DNA of 64,000 bases from Eledone cirrhosa. Lineage: Eukaryota. The DNA lies in the NCBI GenBank assembly GCA_964016885.1, contig OZ024743.1, forward strand, positions 165,602,001 through 165,666,000, written 5' to 3'. A model generated the notes under the pieces. That model worked only from the letters and a program-made list of their open reading frames with translations, did no database searches and was not told where the DNA came from. The translations under genes were made by a program, and so were the position numbers. Positions 12,897-25,339 of this stretch are shown here, one piece after another. Position 1 is the first letter of the stretch. Each line of letters starts with the position of its first letter.

Positions 12897-12970
12897 GGCT
12901 GCAGGTAGTGGCTTGATATTCAATCCAACGGACTTTCCAGTTAACCAACATCAATGACTGAGATTCAAGG
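10527..12970 (+). mobile_element. 5'-truncated Dong family B copy with a rearranged 5' end
   Basis: Near-identical to 14227-16697; (AAT)n tail 12971-13027. Confidence 0.92.
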
Positions 12971-12982
12971 AATAACAATAAC

Positions 12983-13028
<46 letters not shown>

Positions 13029-13029
<1 letters not shown>

Positions 13030-16000
13030 GGGCCAAGTGGGATGGCGGATCCACAGATGGCTATGTAAACATACATTCGCCAATCCTCGATAAGAGTGTT
13101 TAAATATCGAACATAAACAGTTCGAATAACGGTGAAATGGAGACTAGAACGTCATGTGACAGACTCTCACCCAACAGGTGCCCCCTGGCTCAGCAGCAGG
13201 AACCTGACTGTCAATCAAATACTGCTGATGTTGGAGGAAGGAGAAGAAGGAAAGGGGCCAGAACCAACTGGACGAAAGAATTGAATAGAACTGTTATGCA
13301 ATGCTACCTGAAAAGTAACCCCAAGGAGAGGGGCTACAGGAGACGGATGCATAACATCTGGAACGAGATTGGTTTATTTAAATTAGATGAACAAAAATTG
13401 GCCGGGCAGGCTCGGGTAATAAGAACTAATGGGTGGATAAGCGAGCTGGAACTGGAGGAACTGAGCAGAGAGAATGGCTTGGAGATGGCGGGTGTAGTAT
13501 GCCAGACAAGCGAGCCGGTGGGAAATGAAGGTGAGGAGGTCCTGAGAACGGAGGAACCACCCGAAGCAGACAATGATCTGAATACTGAGATAAATAATAC
13601 CTGGAACAGAGATACGGCCACTGAGGAGATGAATGCTGACGGGCTAGGACAAGATTCGGTTGACATCCTAAATTTAGTGGTAGATAAATTGAACAATGAT
13701 AGTGAGAGACCTATGAACCTAAGATTTGTAGACAGGAAAAAGTTAAAAGAAACAACAGCTAAGGTAAACAAAGTCATCCCATACCTTGAGGCGAGGAGCC
13801 TTCACCAGTGCAACAATATCCTCAGAGCAACAGCAAATACGGTGAGGAAACTACTTGGTATAAAAGCGAGAGGAAACAACAGACAAGAAAGAGCAGAGCC
13901 GTGGTGGAAGAAGCGACTGAGTGGGCAAATCGGGGAAATGAGAAATGACATAGGAAAGCTTGAGTCACTACTGAATGGGACACTAAAAAACATAGGCACT
14001 AAAAATAGACTGGAAATAAAATACAAAACTAGGAGTAAAAAGCTAAATATTATCATAGAGGAATTGAAGCAACGCATTGTAGCAAAGAGTGCAAAAATCA
14101 GGCGATACGAGAACAGAGTCAGTCAGTATAAACAGAACCGCATGTTCGACAACAACCAGAAGATGCTGTTTGGACAGCTTGAGGGCAAAGAAAGAGGCAA
14201 CGACTTGATCCCTGGGGCGGAACAAACTAAAACATTCTGGAGAGGAATATGGGAGCAGGATGTTAGACACAATGCCCAGGCAGGGTGGATTGAGACAGTA
14301 CAGAGGGAGATCGGTGAGCAGGCACAGCAACAGACTGATTTGAGTATCACAGTTGAAACTCTTAAGGGGCAAGCCAAAAAACTAACCAACTGGAAATCAC
14401 CAGGCCCAGCTGGTGTGCAGGGGTATTGGATTAAACATTTAACATCCCTCCACCCGAAGCTGACGGCCATGTTCAATGACTGCTTGGTGTCGGGTGAGGT
14501 GCCAGAGTGGTTGACAAAAGGTACCACAGTTCTGATAATGAAAGACCGAATCAAGGGTAATGATGCTACCAACTATAGACCTATCACATGTCTGCCCGTA
14601 ATGTGGAAACTGTTGACGAGCATTGTGTCTGAGGAAATCTACCATCACCTCCACACAAACAACTTGTTACCGGACGAACAGAAAGGATGCCGAAAGAAGT
14701 CACGTGGTACAAAGGACCAGTTGCTTATTGATAAGATGGTAATGGGGAATTGCAGGAGGAGACACACTGATCTTGCCATGGGATGGATAGACTACAGAAA
14801 GGCATTTGACATGGTGCCTCATTCCTGGATCACCAAAAGCCTGGAGATCTTCAGGGTGGCAGATAACATCAGACAGTTGCTAGGCAGGAGTATGGGGTCC
14901 TGGGAGACAGAGTTGACATCAACTGGAGTATCCTTGGGAAGCATGAAGATCAAGAGAGGTATCTTCCAGGGAGATAGCCTGTCCCCTCTGTTGTTTGTCC
15001 TTGCCCTGATGCCCTTGACCATTATGCTGCGAAAAGTGAGAGCAGGATACAAGTTGGGAAGGGGAGAGCTTACCATCAATCACCTCCTCTTCATGGACGA
15101 TCTTAAGCTCTTCGGGAAAAGTGAGAAGGAGTTGGATGTGCTTGTTGACACTGTCCGTATTTTCAGCAGTGATATATGTATGCAGTTTGGTATTGGTAAA
15201 TGTGGAGTCATTGTGATGAAGAGGGGTAGGTTGAGCAGAAGTAACGGGATCCAGATACCAACAGGTGAGATGATAAAGGAAATTGACTCTGAGGAAGGAT
15301 ACAAGTATTTGGGCGTTCTGGAGGCTGATGGCATAAAGAACAAAAAAATGAAGGAATTGTTAAGAACTGAATACATTCGGAGAGTAAGGAGCGTATTGAA
15401 GTCACATCTGAACAGCAGAAATGCCATAAGCGCAGTAAATTCCCGAGCTGTGTCTATTATTAGGTACAGTGCGGGAATTCTGAGATGGAATGTTGCTGAA
15501 CAAAAAGAAATGGATAGGAAGACTAGGAAGCTATTGACTATCTACAACATGTTCCACAAGAGGAGTGATGTCGATAGACTCTACCTAAGGAGATCTGAGG
15601 GTGGAAGAGGTCTTATCAGCATAGAGGACTGTGTTCAGATGGAGAAAAACAACCTATACAAATACGTGACCTATAGTAAGGAGCCAATGCTCAGAACTGT
15701 ACTGAAGGAGGGGACAGTAGGCCAGGGGATGTCCAGGGAGGAAATAACATCAAGGAGGAAGAGCAGCCTTAAGGGAAAATCCCTTCATAGTACCTTCTTT
15801 GAGAAAACTGAATTTAGAGATCCACAGACATGGAACTGGTTGAGAAGAGGAGACCTCAAAAAGGCTACAGAAGGAATGCTAATGGCTGCGCAGGAGCAGG
15901 CCCTCAAAACGAAGTGGTTGAAGCACCATATCTACAAGGAGAAGGCTAGCCCACTGTGCAGGATCTGTGGAGAGAGAGAGGAGACTGTGGCTCACATTGT

Positions 16001-16697
16001 GTCCGAGTGTAAACACCTAGCCCAGACCCACTATAAGGGCTGGAGACACGATGTGATGGGCAGGGTGATCCACTGGCACCTGTGCAAAGTAAACAATCTA
16101 CCACATTCTGAGAAATGGTATGAGCATAGGCCAGAGGCGGTGATGGAGAACAATCAGGTGAAGGTGCTGTGGGACTTTAGGATACAGACGGACAAAAAAC
16201 TGGAACACAATAGACCTGACCTGGTGGTTGTGGACAAAGAAAAAAGATCGTGCCTGATTGTGGATGTGGCCTGCCCGTTCGACACGAGAGTGCAAGAGAA
16301 GGAGAGGGAGAAAATTAACCGATACCAGGACCTAAAGTGCAAGAGAAGGAGAGGGAGAAAATTAACCGATACCAGGACCTAAAGTGCAAGAGAAGGAGAG
16401 GGAGAAAATTAACCGATACCAGGACCTAAAGTGGGAGGTGAAAAGGATTTGGAACTGCCATGAAGTCAAAGTGATCCCGATTGTTATAGGCGCACTGGGG
16501 ACTATCTCCAAAAGTTTCCAGGGATGGTTAAAGAAAATCGGCCCCTTCACGCTTTTTGGAACGCTTCAAAAGGCATGCTTGCTTGGAACAGCAAGAACCC
16601 TCCGATACGTCCTGAATATCTGAGGCTGCAGGTAGTGGCTTGATATTCAATCCAACGGACTTTCCAGTTAACCAACATCAATGACTGAGATTCAAGG
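13029..16697 (+). mobile_element. Full-length Dong family B element
   Basis: About 108-bp 5' UTR, 1081-aa ORF, 3' UTR, (AAT)n/(GAT)n tail 16698-16760. Confidence 0.93.
13137..16623 (+). pseudogene. Dong B polyprotein (N-terminal DNA-binding region, RT, CCHC, RLE), frameshifted by a 47-bp triplication
   Basis: ORF 13137-16382 plus displaced C-terminus 16384-16623. Confidence 0.9.
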
Positions 16698-16709
16698 AAT
16701 AACAATAAC

Positions 16710-16750
<41 letters not shown>

Positions 16751-16760
16751 TGATGATGAT

Positions 16761-17078
16761 TTCATTTATTGGCCACAAGGGCCGACATGTATGGGACAAC
16801 ACAAAGACACGGCCAATAGGGGTTACAATAAGCTCGAGTAAAAATGCACAATAGCAAAACCAATTTAACGATGAAAATATAAAATAAACTATGTATAAAC
16901 ATAAAATAAATTCCCCAACAGGGGTGTGGAAGAGCCAGGGGCGACTCAGGAACCCCACCAATCCTGAACCATCCGACGCTTCTAGGGCATCCGAGGAGGG
17001 CATCCCTCTCCTCCTCAAATTAACAAGCCTACAGACGAATGGTCAGAGTAGGCCCACTCACACTGGACATTCTCGCCA
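16761..17078 (-). mobile_element. 5'-truncated Tx1-type 3' end (different subfamily)
   Basis: Minus translation ARMSSVSGPTLTIRL* resembles ASMARMNGPSLSMCL* of 547; same CCCTTGTGGCCAATAAA terminus. Confidence 0.8.
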
Positions 17079-18987
17079 GAGACAATGATTTGAATGCTGA
17101 AATAGCATCTAGAACAAAGATACGGCCATTGAGAAAATGAATGCTGACAGGCTAGGGCAAGATTTTGTTGATATTCTGAACTTAGTGGTAGATGAAATGA
17201 ACAATGATAGTAGAAAACCTACGAACCTAAGATTTGTAGAAAAAGTGAAAAGAAACGACACCTAAGGTAAACAGGGTCATCCCATACCTTGAGGCGAAGA
17301 ACCTTCACCAATGCAACAACATCCTCAAAGCAACCGCAAATTACTCGGTATAAAAACGAGAGGAAACAAGAAAGGACAGAGCCTTGGTGGAAGAGGCGAC
17401 TGAATGGTCAAATCAAGGAAATGAGAAAAGACATTGGAAAGCTTGAGTCTTTACTAAACGGGACGTTACATAGGCACTAAAGATAGATTTAAAATAAAAT
17501 ACAATAAAATAAAATAAAATAGCTAAATGTTATCAGAGAGGAACTTAAGCAACGCATTTTAGCAAAATGTGCCAAGATTAAGCGATATGAGAACAAAGTT
17601 AGTCAGTATAGACAGAACCGCATGTTTGACAACAACCAAATGATGGTATTTGAATAGCTTGAAGGGAAAGAAAGAGGTAACGACATGATCCCTGAAGCTG
17701 AATAGACTAAGGTATTCTGGAGAGGAATATAGGAGCAGGATGTTGAGCATAATAGTCAGGCAGTGTGGATTGAGACTGTTAAAAGGGCGATTAGTGAACA
17801 AGCACACAAACAACCTGATTTGAGTATCACGGCTGAAACTCTTAGAAAGTAGACCAAAAAACTAACCAAGCCCAGATGGTGTGCAAGGATATTGCAGAAA
17901 AAATATAACATCCCTGTACCCAAAACTGACAGCTATGTTCAATGATTGCTTGGTGTCGAATGAAGTACCAGAGTGGTTGACAAAAGGTACCACAGGTCTG
18001 GTAATGAAAGACCGAATCAAGGGTATTGGAGTTTCCAACTATCACATGTCTGTCCGTAATGTGGAAACTGTTAACAAGCATTGTATCTGAGGAAATCTAC
18101 TATCACCTCCACATAAACAACTTATTGCTGGACGAACAGAAAGGATGCCGAAAGTATGACGTCCTGAGAAACAGAGCTAACATCAGGCGGAGAATCCTTG
18201 GGAGGTAGGAAGATCAAGAGAGATATCTTTCAATGAGATAGTTTGTCCCTTTTGTTGTTTGTACTTTCCCTCATACCCTTGTCCCTCATATTGCGAAAAG
18301 TGAAAGCAGGACTCAAGCTGGGAAGGGTGAGCTTACCATCAGTATTTGGGTGTTCTGGAGGCAGATGACACCAAGAACAATAAAATTAAGGATTTGATAA
18401 GATCTGAATACATAAGGAGAGTAAAGAAAGTACTAAAATCACATCTAAATAATAGGAATGTCATATGTACAGAAAATTCCCTAGTTGTGTCTATTATTAG
18501 GTACAGTGCGGGAATTCTCAAATGGAATGTTACTGAACAAAAAGAAATGAATAGAAAGACTAGGAAGCTAATGACTACCTACAGCATGTTCCACAAGAGG
18601 ATTGATGTTGATAGACTCTACTTAAAGAGAACTGAAGGTGGAAGAGATATTATCAGCGTAGAGGGCTGTGTTCCGAAAGAGAAAAACAGTCTGCATGAAT
18701 ATGTGTCTAACAGTAGGGAACCGATGCTCAAAGTTGTACTGAAGAAGACAAATAGACAAGGAGATTGTCCCGATTGTCATAGGAGCACTAGGTAATATCT
18801 CAAAGAGTTTTCAATGATGGTTAAAGAACATTAGTCACACCTCCTTTTTTGGAACACTTCAAAAGACATGCTTGCTAGGAACAGCAAGAACCCTCCGATA
18901 CGTCCTGAATATCTGAGGTTGCAGGTAGCAGTTTGATGTTCATTTGAACAAACTTTCCAGTTAAATAACATCAATGACTGAGACTCC
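17079..18987 (+). mobile_element. Old degenerate Dong B-related copy with internal deletions
   Basis: Aligns by eye to 13568-16697 with many stops and gaps; (AAT)n/(GAT)n tail. Confidence 0.88.
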
Positions 18988-19034
18988 AATAATAATAATA
19001 ATAATAATAATTATGATGATGATGATGATGATGA

Positions 19035-19094
19035 TTTCTTTATTAACCTCAAAACATTTTTCATAAAATATATCAAGGCAGCACAGACCAGTAC
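19035..19094 (-). mobile_element. Very short Tx1-type 3' stub
   Basis: TTTCTTTATTAACC...CATAAA...AAGG.CAG.ACAG resembles 306-370; AAT repeats on both sides. Confidence 0.5.
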
Positions 19095-19190
19095 AATAAT
19101 AATAATATCTCAAAACAATAACAATTATATTTCATAGGGGTCATTGATAGTGTGCTTTGCACGCAAAAATTATTTTTGTTAATATTTAAT

Positions 19191-19372
19191 TGTTTCTACT
19201 TTAGGCACAAGGCCAGCAATCACCCAGTGCATTACTGGTACTTTATTTTATCGACCCCATAAGGATGAAAGGCAAAGTCAACCTCGGCGGGATTTGAACT
19301 CAGATCGTAAAGGGACGTAACTATACTGGAAAGCATGGCGTCCGACCCTCTACCGATACTGCCAATCCACCG
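19191..19372 (-). mobile_element. tRNA-derived SINE
   Basis: Near-identical to 4281-4464. Confidence 0.93.
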
Positions 19373-19399
19373 AATGAAATATTAGCTAGTGCAAAGATT

Positions 19400-19566
19400 A
19401 GAAGAAGAAGAAGAAGAAGAAGAAGAAGAAGAAGAAGAAGAAGAAGAAGAAGAAGAAGAAGAAGAAGAAGAAGAAGAAGAAGAAGAAGAAGAAGAAGAAG
19501 AAGAAGAAGAAGAAGAAGAAGAAGAAGAAGAAGAAGAAGAAGAAGAAGAAGAAGAAGAAGAAGAAG

Positions 19567-19641
<75 letters not shown>
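19400..19641. repeat. (GAA)n followed by (GTA)n microsatellite
   Basis: Seen directly. Confidence 0.97.
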
Positions 19642-19642
<1 letters not shown>

Positions 19643-19775
19643 CAGGGTTACTGTAGTAATGTATCAAGTTAAGAATTCAACATTGCACGTTACTATTGGT
19701 TAGATGGCTTAAAATACACTCCCTCTTTCTCTTTCTATCCTTCCCTTTCACCCACCTTCTATCTCTCTCTCTCTC

Positions 19776-19843
<68 letters not shown>

Positions 19844-19972
19844 TACATTCATCACCTCTACTATTAAGGCTACTTAAATAAAACATTGGTTCAGTCTAGG
19901 GTACCCACTGTTTATATACAGATATAACTTTATCTTACGCTGTGCTACCTAGCGCACTTCTTAATATATATA

Positions 19973-20590
19973 AGATGGAGTCTTCCGTCAAAAACGACGT
20001 GTGAGTTTCGAACAGAATATAAAACAAACCAGATCCCAGGCAAGAACCGATTAGTGGATTTCAGCAAAGAAAATGTCCCAAAGTAATTCTATTTGGTGAG
20101 CACAAATGTGTAATTTCAGGTCTATAGCAATTTTTACAGGGATGGTTACAGACACTGCAAGTCAAGTTTTCCAAGTTTTCAGGAACGATGTGAGTTCTGA
20201 GATGACTCTTTAACCCAGCATTTGAGCTAGCTTAAAATTTGCAATGATGACATTGATGGTTTGCAGAAAAGAGTTGTTGGTAATGTTTTCGATTTACATA
20301 CAACTGCTCTTGATGACAAATACCTTCTTATTCAAAGGTAACAAGCTTCATGTGGCATTGCTTTCTCCACTCACTCCTATTATTGGCTACATTTTCCCAG
20401 CTGTTAATATTCATATTTAGATGTTTCAAATTGGCCCTAAGCTTGTCTTTATAACGAAGTAGTGGTAGACGACCTACTTTTCTACGAGCGCCTTTAATTT
20501 GACCAAATAAGACAATGAGATTCTTTCATCATTCTTTCTCAAAACGTGGCCATACCATCTCATCTGAAATAAATTTGATCAAGATCATTT
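19973..20590 (-). mobile_element. RTE-clade LINE 3' fragment
   Basis: Minus translation FQMRWYGHVLRK...LRYKDKLRANLKHLNMNINSWENVANNRSEWR. Confidence 0.75.
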
Positions 20591-21659
20591 CTATTCCAGA
20601 AATAATTTTTTTAAAAATAAAAATAAATATAAAAACAAAATTTAAAAAAGAGTGAAAATATATTATATGTCCGCGGTGAATGGTGGGGGTATGGCAAAGG
20701 TGTGGTAGTTGTGGTAGTGTGTATAGGGGTGGGATGAGGGGGGTGGGGGGAGAAGCAAGATAATCAGAGCCCGGGCAGCGATGGTGGATGGTAAGGTGTG
20801 TGTGTATGTGTAGATGTAAGTATGAGAGTCTGAAAGGAAGCGAGTGTATGTGAATGTAAGTTCCGAAAAGATATTGTGTGTGTGTGGAAGTGGTATATAT
20901 ATATCTGTGTGTGTATATGTTCCTGTATATGTGTTGGTATGTATGTGTGCGTTTAGATGGAGGGGGCCGGATGGGATGAGAACGTGTCGAATCCGGAGGC
21001 GGTGTGGGGTGAAGTGTGGATGTATGGCTAGATGTGCGTATCTGTGTATGTGTGGTTGAAAAGTAGTGAATGTGTGAGGGGGTTGTTGGATAGCGAGTAC
21101 AGACGCATGCGTGGTATGTCTATGGGTGGTGCGGATTAGTATAAGGTGCGTAGTTTCGTGTGTGCGGAAATGGTGCAAATGTCTACGTAGACAGGCAGGT
21201 ATGTGTGGGCAGAGGAGGCTGAGAGTAGCGTGTTTATGGGTATGTGTGAATGGAGGTATGTGTATGTCTGTAGAAAGCGTAGTGGACATGTGAGGAGATA
21301 TTGTCCGTGTGTGGGGGAAGGCTCTGTCAATCGCTGTTTTAATGTCTACATACGCGTATGTGAGCGTATATGCTAGTGAGTGTGTGTTTCAGGGTGTAAG
21401 TGAATGTGTGTTTTTGTGGAGTACGGAGGGAAAGGACTAAACCAAGGGTTGGGTGGTGAGTTAGTGGGTTAGAGGGTGGTGGGTGGGGAGAAAAGAGAGG
21501 TGTGTGGATGTGGAGGGTTGCGTGGGGAGATTAATCGGTTAGTGGTAGGTGGATGTGGGTACATATACATATATATATATATAACAAAATAAAATGCTAG
21601 TTACATAAATCGTTTAATCATTATAATTACGAGGATTCTTCCAGCTAGGTTTCTCAAAT

Positions 21660-21810
21660 GGAACTGCCTGGGTGGGACTACATTGGTTCTTCGACTTACT
21701 GGCAGAGTACACTTGTTTTTACTTCAGTGGAGAGAAGAAAGGCGAAATAAAGTGTCTTGCTCAAGAACACAACGCACTGGTGGGATTCGAACTGTCAACA
21801 TTACAATCAC
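21660..21810 (-). mobile_element. Degenerate CORE-like SINE
   Basis: Minus: GTTCGAATCCC B-box then TTGTGTTCTTGAGCAAGACACTTTA. Confidence 0.6.
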
Positions 21811-21814
21811 GAGA

Positions 21815-22161
21815 CACACACACATATGCACACATACACAGATGCAGTAACACACATATGCACACACACACATAAGCAGCAAACAGATACACACACACAT
21901 ATAGATAGATATACACATAAACACTTATGCACAGACAGATACACACATATACACACATAAACACACCACACATACTCACTCACACACCTATATATATGTA
22001 TGTGTGGTGTGTTTATGTGTGTGTGTATGTATGTATCTGTGTCTGTGCATAAGTGTTTATGTGTATATATATCTATATGTGTGTGTGTATCTGTTTGCTT
22101 ATGTGTGTGTGTGTGTGCATATGTGTGTTACTGTATCTATGTATGTGTGCATATGTGTGTG
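21815..22161. repeat. About 160-bp inverted repeat of complex (CA)-type sequence
   Basis: 21815-21976 is the reverse complement of 21998-22161, including non-repetitive interruptions. Confidence 0.85.
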
Positions 22162-22375
22162 CGTTTATGTACTTATGCAATGGTAAAAACAATATACACC
22201 TGTGGATTGAATCATTGGTACTGTAGTAAATTATCCTTTCCTTATTTCCACATCTTCACATCCATACACACAGCCACATATTGTCTATCTTTCTATCTAC
22301 CTACCTATATATCTACGTATCGATCTATCGACCTATCTATCTACCTGCCAACCTACCTGTCTATCTACCTCTCTC

Positions 22376-22436
<61 letters not shown>

Positions 22437-22558
22437 CTCTCTCTCTCACACACACACACACAAATATATCTATTCTAGAGAGTGTGTCCGTTAGATGTAT
22501 TATTGCATTTCAAGAATTACGAAGAATTTGCAAGTTACTTCACCCGGGGAGGATTAAT

Positions 22559-23297
22559 GATTTCTTTATTGGCCACAAGGGCTGACATCAAGAAAAACAT
22601 CACAGACGGAACAGGACGGTACGATGTGGGTTTTGTGCATGTAAATATTTTTATTATTTATATAAGAAAAGAAGAAAAAAAACATAAAACATATATATAT
22701 ATAAACAATAAAATGAAAATTGAAACAATGAAAAATTCCCCAATAGGGGAGGAAACCTCCGAGGGTTACTCGTGGCGAAAACCACACAAAAGACCACGGC
22801 CACCCTGACTACCAGGGCAAGCGCCCTCTCTCAATTTTTCCATCTCTCAAACTACAGACGTATATTCAGAGCGGTCCCGTTCACTCGGACCATTCTCACT
22901 ACATTCACCCACCTTTCAACAAACTTGCTAGAAAGCAGCACTTGCCTCTCCACCCTGATTTTCCTCTTTCAGTGAAACTTGAAAAAGTTAATTAGGGATT
23001 CGCCGAAGAGGAAAGTGTTTGTCTTTAATCCTTTTAACCTTGTCCACCACACAATCTCTTTCGCCATGGCCACCAGGCAGATGAAAACCGCCTGCCCTTC
23101 CTCCTCGAAGGAAGACGGCGAGACCATCTGCACAATGGACTCAGTCGACAACCGGATCAGTCCCACACGCGACAGCAACTGTTCGACATAGCTCCACAAG
23201 TCAGCAATGCTCGGACACTGAACGAGTGCGTGCACAACGGTTTCGTCGCTATGCGCGCATCTCGGACAGGCCCGGCTGACGGCACTTCCGTGCCTGT
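22559..23297 (-). mobile_element. 5'-truncated Tx1-type copy with TSD
   Basis: Homologous to 306-993 (AKEIVWWTRLKGLKT); AGGATTAAT at 22550-22558 and 23298-23306. Confidence 0.9.
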
Positions 23298-23343
23298 AGG
23301 ATTAATAATAGCTTCACTAACTTCGGAAGACGTTTTGTGTGTG

Positions 23344-23416
<73 letters not shown>

Positions 23417-23452
23417 CAGTATGTATGTGTGTCTATATACATATATATATAT

Positions 23453-24096
23453 TCGTACAGACCAGCCTTCGCGCTTGCGCACTTCGGACCAGCTTTCGTG
23501 CAAGCGCAGTACGGACCAGCCTTCGCGCATGCGCAGTACGGGCCAGCTTTTGCGCATGCGCAGTACCGACCAAGCTTCGCGCATGCCCACTACCGACCAG
23601 CCTTTGCGCATGCGCACTTCTGACCTGCTTTCGCGCATGCGCAGTTCGGACCAGCCTTCGCGCATGCGCACTTCGGACCAGAGCTCGCGCATTTGCACGT
23701 CGGACTAGACCTCGCGCATGCGCACTTCGGACCAGTCTTCGCGCACGCGCAGTACGGACCAGCCTACGCGCATGCGCTTTCGGACCAGACTTTGCACATG
23801 CTCATTTCGGGCTAGACTTCGCGCATGCGCACTTCGGACCAGACGTCGCGCATGCGAAGTACCGACCAGACTTCGCGCATGCGCAGTACGGACCAGACTT
23901 CGCGCATGCGCACTTCGGACAAGACTTCGCATCATGCGCATTTCGGACCAGAGTTCGCGCATGCGCACTTCGGACCAGACTTCGCGCATGCGCAGTGTAG
24001 ATCAGACTTCGCGCATGCGCAGTTCGGACCAGACTTCGCGCATGTGCAGTACGTACCAGCCTTCGCGCATACGCACTTCGGACCAAACTTCGCCTA
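23453..24096. repeat. 27-bp minisatellite, about 24 units, CGGACCAGACTTCGCGCATGCGCACTT
   Basis: Tandem units with palindromic core GCGCATGCGC. Confidence 0.95.
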
Positions 24097-24322
24097 TGTA
24101 TATTTCTATGTATGAATAGATATATTTGTGTGTGTGTGTGTCCGTTAGATGTATTATTGTATTTCATGAATTACAAAGAATTTGTGTGTGGTGTGGTATG
24201 TGTGTGTGTATATATATAAATATATATATATGCGTGTGTGTGTGTGTGTGTCTGCATGAGACATAATTTATATGCTATTACATTTATATATATCTAATCA
24301 ATGGGCGTACAACAGTGCTTAA

Positions 24323-24981
24323 TCTAAACTATAATAAAGTAAGAAGCGCGGACTGCGTACGGTTTATAATTTTTTATCCCCTTAGTAAAATAAGTTGGAT
24401 TACTTTGAATAAATAATGAATGAATATTACATAATTTATCTACTAAATTTCCTGGCTGTTCATTAAATATATTTTATTACTTATTTAAAGATTCACTTCT
24501 TTAAAATTTTCAGATGTCAACACTTCCGGTTAGTAATCGTTTAAATAAATATTCATATATTTCTGTCACTAATTTTCTCCTAATGCAGTTTGTATATAAT
24601 ATCGTCTTTTTTTAATGTATCATGGATTACGTTACTGATTACATAAGACAGTGTAACACAGTCTTCGTTCAATTTATGTGTCATTGTCAATTGCGATTTT
24701 ATTTGATCATATCTACATGCATATATACTTGCGTATAATATCAATATACACACTACACATGCTAGCAGATATATAATATCGTATTTTTTTAATGTATCAT
24801 GGATTACGTTACTGATTACAGAAGACAGTGTAACACAGTCTTCGTTCAATTTCTGTGTATATTGTTAATTACGGTTTTATTTTATGTATCATATCTACAT
24901 GCATATATACTTGCGTATAATATCAATATACACACTACACAAGCTAGCAGAAAACCACCCGAAGGGTGGTTTTTCTGATAG
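24323..24981 (+). mobile_element. Non-autonomous Helitron-like element with an internal ~180-bp tandem duplication
   Basis: A|TCTAAACTATAATAAAG start; hairpin AAAACCACCC-GAA-GGGTGGTTTT then ATAG|T; duplication 24593-24768 / 24770-24950. Confidence 0.7.
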
Positions 24982-25339
24982 TTATATTAAATGAGTTAAA
25001 AAAAAGAGTTAATAAATAAATAAAACATTATACTTGTTTTACCCTCCCATTTCCAATTAAATCGAACGCTATCATCACTGTATGTGTGTGTTTGTGTAAA
25101 TGTATATGTGTGAATGTATGGTTGTTTGTGTTAAAGTATGTGTGAAAGTATGTGCATTTGTCTGAATTATGTCCGTGGGTGTGTATTTTTATAAGTTTGT
25201 GTTTGCGCCATTATAGTTATATACTCATACTTATAGATGTATGTATGTGTACACTCATACGCCAGTGTGTAGAAAATCATATCTCTATCTCTCTCATCAC
25301 ACACTCTCTCTTTCTATATATATGGTAGTTGAAGTCGTG

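Noticed and set aside
19389-19703. Poly-E/V ORF and the many YI/CV/HT/RE repeat ORFs elsewhere
   Set aside because: Translations of microsatellites
20663-21289. 208-aa His/Thr-rich ORF
   Set aside because: Low-complexity GT/CA-biased sequence with no recognisable domain
23453-24096. CRISPR-like array
   Set aside because: Units are contiguous with no unique spacers, there are no cas genes, and the context is eukaryotic
24948-24977. Rho-independent terminator
   Set aside because: Eukaryotic DNA; the hairpin fits a Helitron 3' end
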